Assembly: GCA_964489705.1 (NCBI GenBank)
Contig: CAZAZQ010000008.1
Coordinates: 4,416-68,415, forward strand
DNA length: 64,000 nucleotides
Direction of reading: 5' to 3'
Origin: an uncultured Ignavibacteriales bacterium
GTDB taxonomy: Bacteria; Zixibacteria; MSB-5A5; GN15; FEB-12
In this document: positions 46,393-56,727 of the stretch, one piece after another
Position numbering within the stretch: position 1 is the stretch's first letter
Layout: each line of letters opens with the position of its first letter
Made by a program: the position numbers and the translations under genes
The notes under the pieces: generated by a model
What the model saw: only the letters and a program-made list of their open reading frames with translations
What the model was told of the DNA's origin: nothing
Databases searched by the model: none

Positions 46393-47828
46393 CGTTTCTG
46401 CTCCCGTTCCGGTAAACTGTCAAACCGATATTGCCCCGAGCCTCGTCTGGTTATGACGCCCGTGGCTAATAACTTTTTTATCGTGAGGGTGGCGGTCAGG
46501 TTCCAAAACCAGTAGCGGTGTCCGTACAAAAGCTTCCGGTGTCCGTACTTGGACGCCAAGTCGAACAGCTGGTAGTACGTTTCGGTCAGCAGGGTGTCGG
46601 CACCTTTACCGAGCGCCGCTATCATCGGTTGGACGGCAAGGGTGTCGAGCAGGAACGTTTCCTGACGGAACTTTCGTGCCACCCGCCAACTGACGGGAAG
46701 GTTGAGGCGGGCTTTGAGGATGAAATTCTCTCCGCATTCCAGCTCGGGGATGGAATCGCCGAAGACGATGCGGAAGCTGTTCGATTTTTGTGTGTAGGCG
46801 AAAAATTGAGTCCCGACAAAAGCGTCGCCGCCGTGGACGGCATACATGAACTGGGGAATGCGGGCGTTGCAGGGGTCGGAGCCGGTGTAGATAAGCAGCG
46901 GGGCGGTACGGGTGATGAATTTCCGTCCCAGGTCAAACCACATCACCAATGCCGAGATGAGCGGATAGGGGCGGTACGCCACTCCACCGCCGTCGTAGAA
47001 GACGTTGGAATCCCTGTTGACGGCGCCGACGGAGATGAGGCTGTCCAAAGTCGGGCGGTAGGAGACCGTAAAGTTGTGCGCGATAAGGGCCGCCAAAGTG
47101 TCCGAAAGAGCCTGCGCCAGTTTCTTGGATTCTTCCGCTTCCTCGGTGGTGATGAACGGAAACATCAACCGGTAGCTGCCGTCTTTCTCTTGCACGTAGG
47201 CATTTGACTTGTATGGTTTGATGGCGTCGAGGACAAAGAGTGTGTCGGTCTTTGCCATGGCGGCGATTTCCGCAACGCTCTTTTTTTCGTTGAGCAAAAT
47301 CGGAAGCAGGCGGGCAAACTCGTTGTCGAAGTCCGGGTGGCGCTCGACCATCGGAGGAAGGTGCACCTTGTCTTCGGTGTACGGGTACAACGCCTCGGGC
47401 ACATGGAAAGTCAAAATGAACGGCTGCTCGAAGAACTTCTGTCCCGGCAGGAGAGCATCCAGAGTGTCGACGACATCGTAGAGAGAAACGGTAATAGTCG
47501 CTCTACCGAAGTTGCCGGGAATGTACACCGGCGGGTTCAAAATTTTCGACTCCATCGGCGGCAACACGTAGTGCGACTCCGTCCGGCGGTTGGGGTTGAG
47601 GTAAAGCCCTTTGAATTGAACGTCGGTGACGACGGTAATGAATTTCAGCTCAGGGGTGTTGTTGGTCAGTTCGAAGGTAACCGTTTGTTTCCCCCACCGA
47701 TGAGAGCGAAGCTCCACCTCCCCGACCGTAAGAGCCGGTTGCGAGAGCTCCTCCGGCGTTTGCGCCGAAAGGGTTCCGCTTCCCACCAGAGCCAGCAGAA
47801 TCGCCATGAGCAGATTACGAGCGTGCAT
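46389..47828 (-). CDS. Secreted protein of unknown function (about 479 aa)
   Basis: AGAGGAG lies upstream of the ATG at 47828. The signal peptide is MHARNLLMAILLALVGSGTLSA. The start overlaps the rlmN 3' end. The ORF-track TTG start is at 47834. Confidence 0.65.
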   Translation of the reverse strand: MHARNLLMAILLALVGSGTLSAQTPEELSQPALTVGEVELRSHRWGKQTVTFELTNNTPELKFITVVTDVQFKGLYLNPNRRTESHYVLPPMESKILNPPVYIPGNFGRATITVSLYDVVDTLDALLPGQKFFEQPFILTFHVPEALYPYTEDKVHLPPMVERHPDFDNEFARLLPILLNEKKSVAEIAAMAKTDTLFVLDAIKPYKSNAYVQEKDGSYRLMFPFITTEEAEESKKLAQALSDTLAALIAHNFTVSYRPTLDSLISVGAVNRDSNVFYDGGGVAYRPYPLISALVMWFDLGRKFITRTAPLLIYTGSDPCNARIPQFMYAVHGGDAFVGTQFFAYTQKSNSFRIVFGDSIPELECGENFILKARLNLPVSWRVARKFRQETFLLDTLAVQPMIAALGKGADTLLTETYYQLFDLASKYGHRKLLYGHRYWFWNLTATLTIKKLLATGVITRRGSGQYRFDSLPEREQKR

Positions 47829-48876
47829 TTTCAACGTTACTCCTCTTAGAATATTTTCCGGCTAATTGCCCGCAGGCGGCTTCTATGTCGGTGCCTCGGC
47901 TTTTCCGCACCATGACGGCGGGAGCGCGAGGATACAACTCCCGCGCAAACCAATCGACCTGCTCGTCGGAGGGACGCTCGTAGGGCAGCCCCGGCACGGG
48001 GTTGTACGCCAAGAGATTTATCTTGCAGGGGATTCCCTGCACCAGTCGGCTGAGCGCCAGCACGTCTTCGCGGGTGTCGTTGATACCCTTGAAGATGATG
48101 TACTCGAAGGTGACGCGGGTCTTGGTCTGCTCCGTATAGTACTTGACGGCGTCCATCAAGGCTTCGAGCGGATGCGACTCGGCGATAGGCATCAACCGGG
48201 CGCGCTTCTCTTGCGTCGCCGCATGGAGCGAAACCGCCAACCGGGTTTTCAAGCCGAGGTCGGCTAACTTTCTAATCTTTTGAGGGATGCCGACGGTGGA
48301 GATGGTTATCTTTTTGGCGCTGAGGGAAAGCCCGATTTCACTGGTGAGAATGTCGATGGCATCCAGCATCGCATCGAAGTTGAGCAACGGTTCCCCCATC
48401 CCCATCATAACGATGTTGGTGAAGGCGTCGTCGCCGACAGTGTCGCGGAGGTACATCACCTGTCCGACAATTTCCCCCACCGTGAGATTCCGCAAAAATC
48501 CCATCTTCCCGGTCGCACAAAAACGGCACCCCAACGCACAGCCGGACTGCAACGACAGGCACACGGTGGTGCGCCCTCGCTCATCGGGGATGAGGACAGT
48601 CTCAATCGGGCTGCCGTCGGCGAGGCGAAAAAGGTATTTCCGGGTGCCGTCTCGGGAGACGGCGACGTGGTCGGCATCGAAAATCTCGAAGGTATACTTC
48701 TCCTCCAGCGTTCTGCGGAGTTCTTTCGTCAGGTCGGTCATCAAGCTGAAGTCGTACTGACGGGTGGAATAAAGCCATTTGAAGAGCTGTCGTCCTTTGA
48801 AGCGTTTCTCTCCCAGCGACGCCATAAGCTCTTCCAACCGGCTGACCGAGTACCCTAAGAGATTTTCCTTTTGCAT
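47815..48876 (-). CDS. rlmN: 23S rRNA/tRNA (adenine-C2)-methyltransferase RlmN (radical SAM)
   Basis: The radical SAM motif is CALGCRFCATG (CxxxCxxC). MGMGEPLLN and the C-terminal ...DIEAACGQL are present. I prefer the ATG at 48876 (MQKENLL). Confidence 0.9.
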   Translation of the reverse strand: MQKENLLGYSVSRLEELMASLGEKRFKGRQLFKWLYSTRQYDFSLMTDLTKELRRTLEEKYTFEIFDADHVAVSRDGTRKYLFRLADGSPIETVLIPDERGRTTVCLSLQSGCALGCRFCATGKMGFLRNLTVGEIVGQVMYLRDTVGDDAFTNIVMMGMGEPLLNFDAMLDAIDILTSEIGLSLSAKKITISTVGIPQKIRKLADLGLKTRLAVSLHAATQEKRARLMPIAESHPLEALMDAVKYYTEQTKTRVTFEYIIFKGINDTREDVLALSRLVQGIPCKINLLAYNPVPGLPYERPSDEQVDWFARELYPRAPAVMVRKSRGTDIEAACGQLAGKYSKRSNVENARS

Positions 48877-49007
48877 ACTACAATTTAACCGAAAAACGCT
48901 CCGGCGCAAGCGATGAGTCTCTTTTCGCTCTTTCGGCGCAACTCCTTTCGTCGTCTTTTATACGCCTTGACAGAAATGTCGATGATGGGTATACTTTGAA
49001 ACGGTCA

Positions 49008-49081
49008 CGGGGTGTAGCGCAGTCTGGCAGCGCGCTTGCTTTGGGAGCAAGATGTCGGAGGTTCAAATCCTCTCACCCCGA
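49008..49081 (+). tRNA. tRNA-Pro (anticodon UGG)
   Basis: I folded the cloverleaf by hand. The acceptor stem is CGGGGTG/CACCCCG and the D arm is GCGC-AGTCTGGCA-GCGC. The anticodon stem is CTTGC/GCAAG with loop TT-TGG-GA. The T arm is GGAGG-TTCAAAT-CCTCT. The discriminator is A, and no CCA is encoded. Confidence 0.9.
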
Positions 49082-49128
49082 TTTTCTCATCTGTGGGGGT
49101 ACAGCCGGAAAATTCTTCCCGCCCGAGG

Positions 49129-50238
49129 TCAGTTTACAAAGGTCGCTTTCGCCCGCTTAGAGTTTCTAATATACGGAATCCATATCAAGGCTCCCATCAC
49201 GGCAGCAAACACGTTCTCAACTGACGGGGGAAGAGAACTGAGAGTAAGGTTCTGCTTGGTAAAAATGTCGATGAACAATCCTGTTACTGTCAACATCACA
49301 TTCGCCGAGAGAAGGGCGATCAAGAGAGTCGGGAACGCTCGACTCTTCTTCAAATAGGCGATAAACGTCACTGTCAGGTAAAAAGACCAGAACAAAACGA
49401 TCAGGAAAGCGACCGTATCTTTTTTTCCATACAGGAAGCATAAGAGCCCTATGGCGATGGCAAGCTCGATAAACAAATTGATTCCCAGCAGGAGAAGCCA
49501 CCCGCGTAAACCGCTTATCGAGTCGGGCGGCTCTTTCGGCAAAGACGGAGAGTACTCGCTCGAGACGCTCCGATCATCTTTTTCCCTTGTGCTTTCGAAG
49601 GTGAGCGTTTCCAACGGCTTCAAGGATTTGTAGTCGATAAATTGATCCTTGTCGCACCGGGGACAGGTGACGTCTCCCCGCCAGAGCTCCTTGCACCCGA
49701 GAGAAAAGAGGTAGGAACAATGCCGGCAGGTAACCTGGGCGTCTTTTCCCAGGGTGATGACGTATCGAAAGGTATCGATATCCTGGTCGGTGAATCCGCG
49801 GGAAAGGAGGATGGCGTGCATCTGTTCGATTTCATCCTTGCTGTAATTTCCGACCTCGAAAGCGACCGTCCGCATGAGGCTCCCATCGTCAAGTTGATTG
49901 AGCATCTCTTCGGTGGTCTGGATGACAGGAAACGAGTTCCTGAAATCGATGGTTTGTTTTTTGTCACAGGCTTGGCAATAGAAACTGCCGCTGAGGAGGT
50001 TCTTCTTTTTGATTGTTTGCTTTTTCCTGCAGCCGGGACAGGTGGTGACGATATTGTCTTTCGTTTCCAACAAAGCCCGGTACCGTTCAAAATGTTCCTG
50101 TTGGAAGCCTCGTTCCGCAGCAACCTGCCGGAGTGCGGTTTGCTCTTCTTCCGTAAAGTCGTCCTTGTTGACGGTCAGAGAAGCGAAAAGGGAGGCGTCG
50201 CTTTCCAAACGGAACCCTTCCAGTAATTCGGCTCTCAT
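49129..50238 (-). CDS. Membrane protein with two tandem zinc-ribbon modules and a DUF2569-like C-terminal multi-TM domain
   Basis: GAGGAG lies upstream of the ATG at 50238. The repeated modules are CPGCRKK...CQACDKK and CRHC...CPRCDKD. The C-terminus has four hydrophobic helices. Confidence 0.6.
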   Translation of the reverse strand: MRAELLEGFRLESDASLFASLTVNKDDFTEEEQTALRQVAAERGFQQEHFERYRALLETKDNIVTTCPGCRKKQTIKKKNLLSGSFYCQACDKKQTIDFRNSFPVIQTTEEMLNQLDDGSLMRTVAFEVGNYSKDEIEQMHAILLSRGFTDQDIDTFRYVITLGKDAQVTCRHCSYLFSLGCKELWRGDVTCPRCDKDQFIDYKSLKPLETLTFESTREKDDRSVSSEYSPSLPKEPPDSISGLRGWLLLLGINLFIELAIAIGLLCFLYGKKDTVAFLIVLFWSFYLTVTFIAYLKKSRAFPTLLIALLSANVMLTVTGLFIDIFTKQNLTLSSLPPSVENVFAAVMGALIWIPYIRNSKRAKATFVN

Positions 50239-50511
50239 TATGATCTCCTCTTCTGCAGCCCAACGTCTGCTTGACAAATAATATTACTTCCGGAGGTTGT
50301 CAAGATTCATTCTGGTATGGGAACGCCGCCAAGGGCAGACTGTTAGGACACAGCCTGAGCGGCTTATCACGTGAAGAGCTGATTTGCTGTAAATTTCCGG
50401 GAGAATAACCCTTCCTCTGCCGTCGGCAAAACTTGAAAGTCGGAACCCGATGATTTTGGTTTTCCGGTTGCTGCCGTGAAGTGGAAAATGCCCGGCGGCT
50501 CCGGCTTTTTT

Positions 50512-51444
50512 CTACGGCTTTGGTGAGCTCTGAGGAAGTCGCTCCAGAAATTGAAAAATCTCCCGGTACGCTTCTTCCTTTTTTGTCGGGAGGGTCTTGA
50601 TAGTGAGCTTTTCCTTCTGGGAAATCTCCGCCAGGCGGCGTACCGCCGCTTCTTCTTTCATCTCCTCGGAGACGAGCAGGAGGGTGGGTCGGGTAACCGG
50701 CTTGAGGTCGTCAATCGTCCGGTAGGGGGCGGCATAGCTGGAGCGTATTCCGTACCACCACCACATGATGGAGCGGAAGAAAGGAAACCAGAACATACGG
50801 TACTGTTTTTTCAGGATATCTTGCAGGCGCCGGGTGGTGAGATATGGGTTGATTGCCACCACCGCATCGACGCGCTTTTCTTCCAAGGTCGCCAGCAACC
50901 CGGCATCGGCGCCGAGTTTTGTGCCGATGATGATGACCGGGTGGCGGATTCTGCCCCGTAAATCGAGAAAGCGGATAAGTTCCTCCAAGTCAGCCGCTTC
51001 CAGTTGTCCTTCACCGCGGTACTTGCCGGTAGAGCGCCCCGACGCCCGTTGGTCGTAGGCAATGACGGCATAGCCGGAGTCGACCATGAGTTTTGCCAGG
51101 GTCGCCATACTGTCACGGTCGGCGCCGTCACTATGAAGCAGGAAAACCGTTCCTTTCGGCTGCTCCCAGGTTAGGGAATCGGGAAGAAGGTACAAACATG
51201 CCAGCGTCGTCCAACCGTCGGCTTCGATTCGGAAGGTGTCGGGAGCCAGCCCCAGCTCGGTGTATACCGTAACGTCGTTGGGGGGAAGAGAATCCGCTTG
51301 GTAGGTATCGAAATCGGCGCGCCCCATAGTCGCTTTGACTCTGTTCAGCGGGTAAATGACATACACAAAAACGAGAGCCGCAACAATAAGCAATACCGCA
51401 ACGGTTTGAATTATTTCCTTGGTCTGCCTTGAAAGACGTGGCAT
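50512..51444 (-). CDS. Membrane-anchored alpha/beta hydrolase
   Basis: An N-terminal TM helix is present. The hydrolase core follows (VFLLHSDGADRD..., ...IIIGTKLGADAG nucleophile-elbow-like). The ATG at 51444 has an upstream AGGTG. Confidence 0.7.
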   Translation of the reverse strand: MPRLSRQTKEIIQTVAVLLIVAALVFVYVIYPLNRVKATMGRADFDTYQADSLPPNDVTVYTELGLAPDTFRIEADGWTTLACLYLLPDSLTWEQPKGTVFLLHSDGADRDSMATLAKLMVDSGYAVIAYDQRASGRSTGKYRGEGQLEAADLEELIRFLDLRGRIRHPVIIIGTKLGADAGLLATLEEKRVDAVVAINPYLTTRRLQDILKKQYRMFWFPFFRSIMWWWYGIRSSYAAPYRTIDDLKPVTRPTLLLVSEEMKEEAAVRRLAEISQKEKLTIKTLPTKKEEAYREIFQFLERLPQSSPKP

Positions 51445-51808
51445 CGTTCTTTTCACCTCTATGATTAAGATATGTCTTCTTTTTTGTTTAGAAGTATTAA
51501 AAGCGGTGAGCGGGAGAAGTCAACTCTAAAATCTACGGTGTATCTTCTCATCCGGCAAAACGTTAGAGGGCATTGGAGCAACTTTCTCCGAAAGGTGAAC
51601 GAAGGCGAACGGTTAAAAATGGACAATATGAGTACGGTATTAGTTCGTTTCTTTAACAAAGAGGCGTCCGGTTGTTATGAAATCGCCGGAATGTCCGATA
51701 TTCATTGGCAGTAGTGCTGAAGTAGAGGGTAAAAGGACTACCGAAAAGGATGGGGGCTCAAAATGGGTGCAACGATCATAGCAATGCAGTGAGAACGGGG
51801 GAGGTATC

Positions 51809-53836
51809 ATGAAGCACACCGACACAGCTCCGGCGACCTTGACTGAGAAGGAGGCTCCTTTCGATGCTCGGGGAACCGAACGCCGCCAAGAGGAATTGCC
51901 TCGGTATGACGAAGTTCTGGAAAGTTTGTTTTCCAACACTCCCCACAGCATCTTTTGGAAAGACTGCGACTTGGTCTACCGGGGGTGCAATGCTAACTTT
52001 GCGCGCATCGCCGGGTTGTCTTCCCCTGCGGAGATCGTCGGGAAAACCGATTCCGACCTGGCATGGACGGCGGAGGAAACGGAAGCCATCAGGGAAAGCG
52101 ATCGCACGGTCATCGCGAACGGAAAGCTGGTACACGATATCGAAGAGCACCATCTCCTCTCCGATGGAAAAAACGCCATTCTGCTGACCACGAAGGTTCC
52201 CTTAAAAAATGCCGCCGGGAAGGTCATCGGATTGCTCGGGGTCCATGCGGATATTACCAATTGGCGCGCGGCGGAGGAAGCGCTTCGGGAAACCACCGAG
52301 AAGCTCCGTATTATCACCGGTTCCGCCAAAGATGCCATCATCATGATGGATGACGAAGGGAAAGTCACCTTCTGGAACAATGCGGCAAAGGAGATTTTCG
52401 GTTACTCGGAGGAAGAAGCGATTGGACAGGATTGTCATGTCTTGATTATGCCGGAAGACTATACCGAGCTCTTCCAACAAGGTTTTCAATCATTCAAGGA
52501 AACCGGCACCGGTTTTGCGATCGGCAAGACCGTCGAGTTGGAAGCAAAACGAAAAAGCGGCGGTACTTTCCCAGTCGAAATTTCCCTCTCAGCGATTAAC
52601 GTACAGGGGCATTGGCATACGGTCGGTATTGTCCGGGATATTACCAAACGCAAGCAGAGCGAACAGCTTTTCCAACGGGATGTCTCCCGCTATATGGCGA
52701 TGATCGACACCGTCCCGGCGATGGTGTATCTCAAGGACATCGACCACCGCTACCTGGTCGCCAACAAGGCGTTTTGCAAGACGGTCGGGAAGGAGCTGAG
52801 GGAAATCGTCGGAAAAACCGATTACGATATTTTTCCGTGGGAGAAAGCCGACCTTAATCACAAAGCGGACAAAATCGTCATGGACGAGGACCGCAAGGTC
52901 ATTGACCACGAGATGTCGATAGTCGATGCCAACGGCGAGACGCGCTGGATTTCGACGACCAAAGTGCCGTTGCATGACAATCAGGGGCTGGTGACCGGTA
53001 TCGTCGGGCTGGTACAGGATATAACCGAGTACCATCGGAGCCGGGAACAACTGGTGCAGGCGGACAAGCTGGCGGCTATCGGTACGTTGGCGGCAGGCGT
53101 GGCGCACGAGATCAACAACCCGATCGGGTTTATCAGCTCCAACCTCAATACGATGAAGAAATACTTGAATAAGATAAAACGATTTATTGAGGAGCTGGAA
53201 GAGGGTGCGGACAAAGACGACAAGGAAATCATCCTTGAGATTTTGGAAGACTTCGGCGATGCGATTGACGAATCCATTGAAGGAGCGACAAGGGTGAAGG
53301 ACATCGTCGCCGACTTGAAGAGTTTCTCCCGCGTCGACAAGGCGGAAAAAGAGTATGCCAACATTAACGAGGGGATTGAGAGTACCTTGAACATCGTCTG
53401 GAACGAGCTGAAGTACCACTGCAAAGTGGAAAAAGAGTTCGGCGATATTCCGGACATTTACTGTATCCCCAATCAACTGAACCAGGTGTTTATGAACCTG
53501 CTGGTGAATGCCGCCCATGCGACCAAAGGAAAGTCGGGGCTTATTACCATCAAGACCTGGTGTGATGAGAAGAATGTCTACGCCTCGTTCAAAGACAACG
53601 GGGTCGGCATACCGCAGGAAAATTTGAAGAAAATCTTCGAGCCGTTTTTCACGACCAAAGATGTCGGCAAGGGCACCGGTTTGGGCTTGAGCCTTGCCTA
53701 CGATATTATCAAAAAGCACGACGGTTCCATCGAAGTGAAGAGCGAGGTAGGGAAAGGGACGGAGTTCATTATCACCTTACCGCAAAAGGGGCTGGAGAAT
53801 GGGGACGAAACGGCAAACCCTTCTGATAGTCGATGA
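51809..53836 (+). CDS. Multi-PAS sensor histidine kinase (cytoplasmic)
   Basis: At least three PAS-like repeats are present. The H-box is [16 protein letters not shown] and the HATPase motifs are DNGVGIP and [10 protein letters not shown]. Confidence 0.9.
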   Translation: MKHTDTAPATLTEKEAPFDARGTERRQEELPRYDEVLESLFSNTPHSIFWKDCDLVYRGCNANFARIAGLSSPAEIVGKTDSDLAWTAEETEAIRESDRTVIANGKLVHDIEEHHLLSDGKNAILLTTKVPLKNAAGKVIGLLGVHADITNWRAAEEALRETTEKLRIITGSAKDAIIMMDDEGKVTFWNNAAKEIFGYSEEEAIGQDCHVLIMPEDYTELFQQGFQSFKETGTGFAIGKTVELEAKRKSGGTFPVEISLSAINVQGHWHTVGIVRDITKRKQSEQLFQRDVSRYMAMIDTVPAMVYLKDIDHRYLVANKAFCKTVGKELREIVGKTDYDIFPWEKADLNHKADKIVMDEDRKVIDHEMSIVDANGETRWISTTKVPLHDNQGLVTGIVGLVQDITEYHRSREQLVQADKLAAIGTLAAGVAHEINNPIGFISSNLNTMKKYLNKIKRFIEELEEGADKDDKEIILEILEDFGDAIDESIEGATRVKDIVADLKSFSRVDKAEKEYANINEGIESTLNIVWNELKYHCKVEKEFGDIPDIYCIPNQLNQVFMNLLVNAAHATKGKSGLITIKTWCDEKNVYASFKDNGVGIPQENLKKIFEPFFTTKDVGKGTGLGLSLAYDIIKKHDGSIEVKSEVGKGTEFIITLPQKGLENGDETANPSDSR

Positions 53837-54662
53837 TGAAAAGAATGTTTTGAAGTCGCTCAAGCGGCTGCTGTTCGATACCGACTACAAAGTGCTCACG
53901 GCGGAGTCGGGTGAAGCAGGACTTGAGATACTGAAAAAGCATGAGGTGCATTTGGTCATCTCCGATTTCCGGATGCCCGGCATGGACGGGGTGGAGTTCC
54001 TTTCGAAAGTCAAAGAGGAGTATCCCGAGACCATCCGTATGATTTTGAGCGGGTATGCCGATGTCGGTTCCATCGTCGCCGCCATCAACAACGGTCACAT
54101 ATACAAGTTCATCGCCAAGCCGTGGAACGACCAGGAGTTGTTGACGACGATTATGCGCTCGTTCGAGCAGTATTCCCTCCAGCAGGAAAATACCACCCTC
54201 AACAAGCAGTTGCAGCAGCGGAACAAGGAGCTGGAAGAGCTGACCAAGTCACTGGAGCAAAAAGTACAGGAACGGACGCGGATTTTGGAGATGAAAAACC
54301 GGGCCTTGCGGGCGGCGCAGAACATCCTCAACCTTCTGCCGGTCGGAGTCATTGGAGTAGACTCGGAAGAGATGGTGGTCTATATCAACGAGGAAGCGCA
54401 GCGGTTTGTCAACACCCCCGGCATGAGTTTGGGGTTGTCGGCACGGGATATTGTCCCGCCCGAAATTTTCAAAACCATGATGGAAGCCATCGAACGGGAA
54501 GAAGTGTTGGTGGCGCCGCTGCCGGAGGGGCAGGCAGGCAAGGTGATTTGCAAACCGTTGCCGGACAAGGTGGGCGTAATCGGGCTCATCAACACCTTTG
54601 ATTCGACCGCCGAGGAAGCGAAACAAAATAATGAGCTGGAAAGCACACCGGAAGGGAGATGA
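53799..54662 (+). CDS. Response regulator: REC domain, coiled coil and an unknown C-terminal domain
   Basis: The REC domain has LLIVDDE, the phospho-acceptor context LVISDFRMPGMDG, and YKFIAKPW. It overlaps the kinase 3' end by 38 nt. Confidence 0.8.
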   Translation: MGTKRQTLLIVDDEKNVLKSLKRLLFDTDYKVLTAESGEAGLEILKKHEVHLVISDFRMPGMDGVEFLSKVKEEYPETIRMILSGYADVGSIVAAINNGHIYKFIAKPWNDQELLTTIMRSFEQYSLQQENTTLNKQLQQRNKELEELTKSLEQKVQERTRILEMKNRALRAAQNILNLLPVGVIGVDSEEMVVYINEEAQRFVNTPGMSLGLSARDIVPPEIFKTMMEAIEREEVLVAPLPEGQAGKVICKPLPDKVGVIGLINTFDSTAEEAKQNNELESTPEGR

Positions 54663-54695
54663 CTCTTCCGCAATGAGAAAAGGAAGGGAACGACC

Positions 54696-56018
54696 ATGAG
54701 TGACATCGTAAAGCAAACAATCCTTCTGGTTGACGATGATGAGGGGGTGCTCAAAGCGCTCCGGCGGTTGTTGGCGGAGCTGGACGTGAAAGTCATCACC
54801 GCCACCAGCGGCGAAGAAGGGCTGAACGTTCTCAAGCAACAGCCGGTGGCGGTGATTATTTCCGACCAGCGAATGCCTCACATGACGGGGGTGGAGTTCC
54901 TCCAGCGCTCGCAGGAAATATCGCCGGAGAGCATTCGCGTTCTGTTGACGGGGTATGCCGATATCGACGTAACGGTCGACGCCATCAACAAGGGATGTGT
55001 CAAATATTACTTCAATAAACCCTGGGACGATGAATTCCTCCTCAGCCGCATCAAAGAGTCGCTGGAAATGCAGGCGATGCAGCAAGAGAACAAACGGCTG
55101 ATGGAGCTGACTCAACAACAGAACGAGCAACTCAAACAGTTGAACGCTTCCTTGGAGCAACGCGTTGCCGAGCAGACGGCGGAAATCAAAGCCCGACACG
55201 AGGAGCTGAAGCGCAGCTTCATGGAGACGATTAAAGCTTTCTCGACTATTGTTGAGTTGCGCTTTCAAGAGGTAGGCAGCCACTCGCAACGGGTAGGGGC
55301 GCTGGTGAGAAAAATCTTGAAATCGTTCGACCTGAGCCCGCAGGAGTACCAGGACATCGTGGTGGCGGCATTTTTGCATGATATCGGGAAAATCAGTATT
55401 CCCGACAAAGTCCTTGCCAAGAAACCGGAGCAGTATACCTCCAAGGACAGAGAACTGATAGCCCGTCATCCGATTTTGGGGCAGAGTTGTGTCTATCATA
55501 TCAACGGCTTCGAGGAGGTGGGCGTGCTCATACGCAATCACCATGAAAATTTCGACGGTTCCGGCTATCCGGACGGTCTGGTGGAAATGCAGATTCCCTT
55601 GGGCGCGCGCCTGATTCGAATTGCCGATTCTTTCGACCATCATGCCTTTGCCAAGGGATATCCCAACATGGATGCCCTCAACGCCGCCTCGGCGCACTTG
55701 GTTCGTCATGCCGGTTCGAAGTTCGATCCCAAGCTGGTGCGCAAGTTCATCGAGTGCGATGCGGCGAAAGAATTTTTCCTCAAAGAGTCGTCGGATGTGG
55801 TCATTCTGGAGCCGGCGGAACTGAAAGAAGAGATGGTCATTGCGGCGGATGTCTACACCCAGCACGGGATGTTCTTGGTTCCCAAGGGCGCCAAGCTGAC
55901 CAAGGGGATGATTAACCGGATTCGGAAGATTCATGAAGTGGATCCGGTAATAAACGGCGTCCAGATTTTCAACCAGACGCGTCAGAAGAGAGGGAGTGAG
56001 GCGTATGTCGAAATATAA
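54696..56018 (+). CDS. Response regulator with an HD-GYP c-di-GMP phosphodiesterase domain (RpfG-like)
   Basis: The REC domain has VIISDQRMPHMTG and YYFNKPW. The HD motif is AAFLHDIGKI and the GYP motif is HHENFDGSGYPDG. Confidence 0.88.
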   Translation: MSDIVKQTILLVDDDEGVLKALRRLLAELDVKVITATSGEEGLNVLKQQPVAVIISDQRMPHMTGVEFLQRSQEISPESIRVLLTGYADIDVTVDAINKGCVKYYFNKPWDDEFLLSRIKESLEMQAMQQENKRLMELTQQQNEQLKQLNASLEQRVAEQTAEIKARHEELKRSFMETIKAFSTIVELRFQEVGSHSQRVGALVRKILKSFDLSPQEYQDIVVAAFLHDIGKISIPDKVLAKKPEQYTSKDRELIARHPILGQSCVYHINGFEEVGVLIRNHHENFDGSGYPDGLVEMQIPLGARLIRIADSFDHHAFAKGYPNMDALNAASAHLVRHAGSKFDPKLVRKFIECDAAKEFFLKESSDVVILEPAELKEEMVIAADVYTQHGMFLVPKGAKLTKGMINRIRKIHEVDPVINGVQIFNQTRQKRGSEAYVEI

Positions 56019-56517
56019 AATTTTGTTGGTTGACGATTCGGAGAACGTGGTCAAGGCGTTGCGACGCACTTTCCTGCCGGAAGGCTTCCGGATTCTGACC
56101 GCCGCCTCGGCTCAAGAGGCGATGGCGATTCTCGAACGAGAAGAAGTCGATGTCGTCATCAGCGACGAGAACATGCCGGGACTGTCGGGAACCGATTTCC
56201 TTCGCATGGTCAAGATGCGCTGCCCGGAGACGGTTCGGATTATGTTGACGGGGGTGACGGATCTCGAAGTCGTCAAAAGCGCCATCAATACCGGCGAGGT
56301 ATACAAATTTTTCAACAAGCCGTGGGACGACTTCGAGTTGGTCATGGCGGTCAAACATGCCTTACATCAAAAGATGATTGAGCGGGAGAACAAGCGTTTG
56401 CATTCGATTATCGAAGCCCAGCAAGAAGTGCTACGGAAGCTGGAGCAGCAGTATCCCGGCATCACTAAGAAAAATGTCGATGCCGACGGTTCTCTCATCA
56501 TTGAGAAGGAAGAGTAG
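55996..56517 (+). CDS. Single-domain response regulator with a short coiled-coil tail
   Basis: The REC domain has VVISDENMPGLSG and YKFFNKPW. It overlaps the preceding gene by 23 nt. Confidence 0.85.
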   Translation: MRRMSKYKILLVDDSENVVKALRRTFLPEGFRILTAASAQEAMAILEREEVDVVISDENMPGLSGTDFLRMVKMRCPETVRIMLTGVTDLEVVKSAINTGEVYKFFNKPWDDFELVMAVKHALHQKMIERENKRLHSIIEAQQEVLRKLEQQYPGITKKNVDADGSLIIEKEE

Positions 56518-56727
56518 GGGGACTGGTGAACAACGGTGAAAGAAGCGAAAACGAAAGGACCGAACCCATGAGTGAGATGCAAGAAATGGCAACAAGTTTT
56601 GAGCAGTATCTCGAACGGTGTCTTTCAATGGTGCTTCATTACGACGAGGTACAGGAAATCGCTGACGTGGTAAAGAAAGTGCAGAGAGAAAATCAACCGT
56701 CAACAGCCACGAGCGAAAGGGGGAACA

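Noticed and set aside
50465-50511. The hairpin GCCCGGCGGCTCCGGC flanked by A- and T-runs after the hydrolase gene.
   Set aside because: The stem is only about 4 bp (CCGG/CCGG), which is too weak to call a terminator.
52589-53719. A 376-aa minus-strand ORF, together with 62083-63024 (313 aa, minus strand).
   Set aside because: They are antisense to the PAS kinase and the PorV-like gene respectively. Neither has a domain signal.
54249-56069. A 606-aa ORF on the minus strand spanning three response-regulator genes.
   Set aside because: It is antisense to genes with unambiguous REC and HD-GYP motifs. Its composition is Arg/Leu/His/Phe-rich and shadow-like, and it has no recognisable domain. It runs across three separately framed sense genes.
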